Program-made: the position numbers and the translations under genes | Shown here: positions 62,290 through 64,000 of the stretch, piece by piece | Position numbering within the stretch: the stretch's first letter is position 1 | Layout of the letters: the number at the start of each line of letters is the position of its first letter | Origin: Octopus vulgaris | Taxonomy: Eukaryota | Assembly (NCBI GenBank): GCA_951406725.2 | Contig: OX597814.1 | Span: 75,888,001-75,952,000, forward strand | DNA: 64,000 nucleotides | Reading direction: 5' to 3' | The notes under the pieces: model-generated | What the model was told of the DNA's origin: nothing | Seen by the model: only the letters and a program-made list of their open reading frames with translations | Database searches by the model: none

Positions 62290-62850
62290 TCCACCAAAAG
62301 AGGTGATGCTGTTAATGTTCTGTTTAAGCTGTTGCAGACCAACACCTGCTGGAAAAACATGAGCAGGGAGAAGTTTCTAGAAGGATGATATTCTGAGGAG
62401 GAAGAATTTTGCATAGTGGTTAATGTAGAGCCAGGAGGGTGAAACATAACAAGGGTGATAGGAAGTGGAGAGACGTGGGCCAAGGAGACTTAAATAGATG
62501 AGGTGTTTGATCAGACTAGTGAAAGAAAAGTCAGAGAGGAAACAGTATGCTTGTAATCCAGAGCCTGGAACATATCTGCTTCTGATTTGATGCCACTCAG
62601 TTGAGTAGTACTATGGGGGTAGTACTCCGCTATGGGCCTTCCTTAAGCCTTGTTGAGTGTCAGCATCTGTAGGGGATGAAATATTTTCTGGCACTGAAAA
62701 GAAGGTCCAGTCTTTATGATGCATTCTTAACTGTTAGGAATAGGCTTTTGCCAGAAAAGTTCCTCATTTATAATGTGATTCAGTATTTGGAACAACTGTG
62801 AGAACCCTAGTTGAGTGTTACACATATTTAGGATGAGGTGTGCTGTAGTA
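62290..62850 (-). pseudogene. CR1/L2/Jockey-group LINE C-terminal relic
   Basis: Minus strand KNAS*RLDLLFSARKYF..LTLNKA*GRPIAEY.., later LPAHVFP..GLQQLKQNIN. Confidence 0.55.
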
Positions 62851-63310
62851 TTACTTTCTTGATATAAGCAATGTTTGAGATTTTATGTTTTGAGTTGAAA
62901 TAAAAGGAAGAAAATATTTTTCAACTCGACTCAACAGAAAACGGTTTCACTTGATTTTTATGTTTCTTGTATATTTACAACATGTTGAACACAATGATGA
63001 AATTTTTTTCATATTAGTACCAATATTTTGTCAATTATATCACTTATTTTCTGTCATTCTTAACATTGTCTGTGGTCAAATTACACTCTTGTCAGATTTC
63101 TATGTAGAACTTTCCAGAAAGGAAAACAGTAGAATTTACTTACGTTGATCCATAGAAATATTCATACAAACAATGTACCACAAAATAACTATTAACACAA
63201 CATAGAATAGACAATCCAGGCAAGCCCAAGAAAATATGCTTATATATTTACAAAATATTTGATGATGGATTTTTCACTGTTCTGGGACATTCAATTGTTA
63301 AAAGTATGTA

Positions 63311-64000
63311 CGAGGGGCGTTCAATAAGTAATGCCCCTAACCCACTTCCTATAGCAGTAGAGCAACGAAACTTGGCACAGTTATTAGTCTTTTTCTACAT
63401 AGGAACCACCCAGAGTTACGCATTTCTCCCATCGTTTGATGTAGCTCTGGAGACCGTTTTTGTAGAAGACTCCAGCTTGGTCCTCCAACCTGAACGTGAC
63501 TTCAGAAATCAAGGCTGCATCATCTGGGAAACGCTTTCCTTTCAAAAACAACTTCATGACTGGGAAGAGATGAAAATCAGAGGGTGCAAGGTCAGGAAAG
63601 TAGGGGGATGGGGGAGGAGTTCATAGCCATACGCCTGTGCTTCTGATCTGGCGACAAGCGAGTTGTGGACCGGAGCGTTGTCCTGCAGGAGGAGGATGCC
63701 TTTGCTGATCTTGCCCTGCCTCTTGATTTTGATAACTTCTCTTAATTTCCGCAAAAGTGAAGCATAATAGGCTCCTGCAATTGTGGTACCCTTTGCCAGG
63801 AAATCTGTCATCACTACTCTGTCCTGGTCCCAGAAGACTGTGAGCATGACCTTTCCAGAGGAGGGCTGCACCCTTGCCTTCTTTGGAGGGGGTGAGTCAC
63901 GGTGCTTCCACTGCATTGACTGGGCTTTGGTCTCTGGATCATAATGATGGACCCAGGTTTCATCATGTGTAATCAGTCTTTTGAAAAATTTTGACTCATC
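63311..64000 (-). mobile_element. Mariner (DD34D) element, 3' half, runs off the window end
   Basis: TA|CGAGGGGCGTTCAATAAGTAATGC terminal repeat at 63311; transposase on the minus strand. Confidence 0.93.
63384..64000 (-). CDS. Mariner transposase catalytic domain (partial; one frameshift near 63605)
   Basis: ITHDETWVHHYDPE..GKVMLTVFWD..LQDNAPVH..LPHP; restoring one C gives PYFPDLAPSDFHLFP..RWEKCVTLGGSYVEKD*, stop at 63384-63386. Confidence 0.88.

Overview
AT-rich, microsatellite-dense eukaryotic (animal) genomic DNA made almost entirely of nested transposable elements. The SINE/LINE repertoire and microsatellite load resemble an octopus (coleoid cephalopod) genome; this is inference from recalled repeat families, not a database match. 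No host protein-coding exon, rRNA, tRNA gene or CRISPR array could be supported, and most ORFs in the track are microsatellite or antisense-LINE artefacts. Recognisable content: (i) RTE-clade LINE copies with (GAT)n tails whose reverse transcriptase carries an inserted C4HC3 PHD-type finger; (ii) about 10 R4/Dong-like restriction-like-endonuclease (RLE) LINE copies, all on +, many chained through (TAA)n tails, including a young copy with an uninterrupted ~564-codon RT/CCHC/RLE frame (23780-25474); (iii) a complete Chapaev3-type (CMC) DNA transposon with TAA target-site duplications (TSDs; 12554-15389); (iv) mariner copies and MITEs, piggyBac-like and Tigger-like MITEs, a CACTG-ended TIR element, non-autonomous Helitron/Helentron elements; (v) Gypsy, Penelope, L1/Tx1 and CR1/L2-like relics; (vi) three tRNA-headed SINE families; (vii) a minimal hammerhead ribozyme relic. 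The most interesting signals are the PHD finger inside the RTE RT, repeated appearance of (GAA)n runs in the Dong-like LINE copies, and the minimal hammerhead. Boundaries of old relics are approximate (tens of bp).
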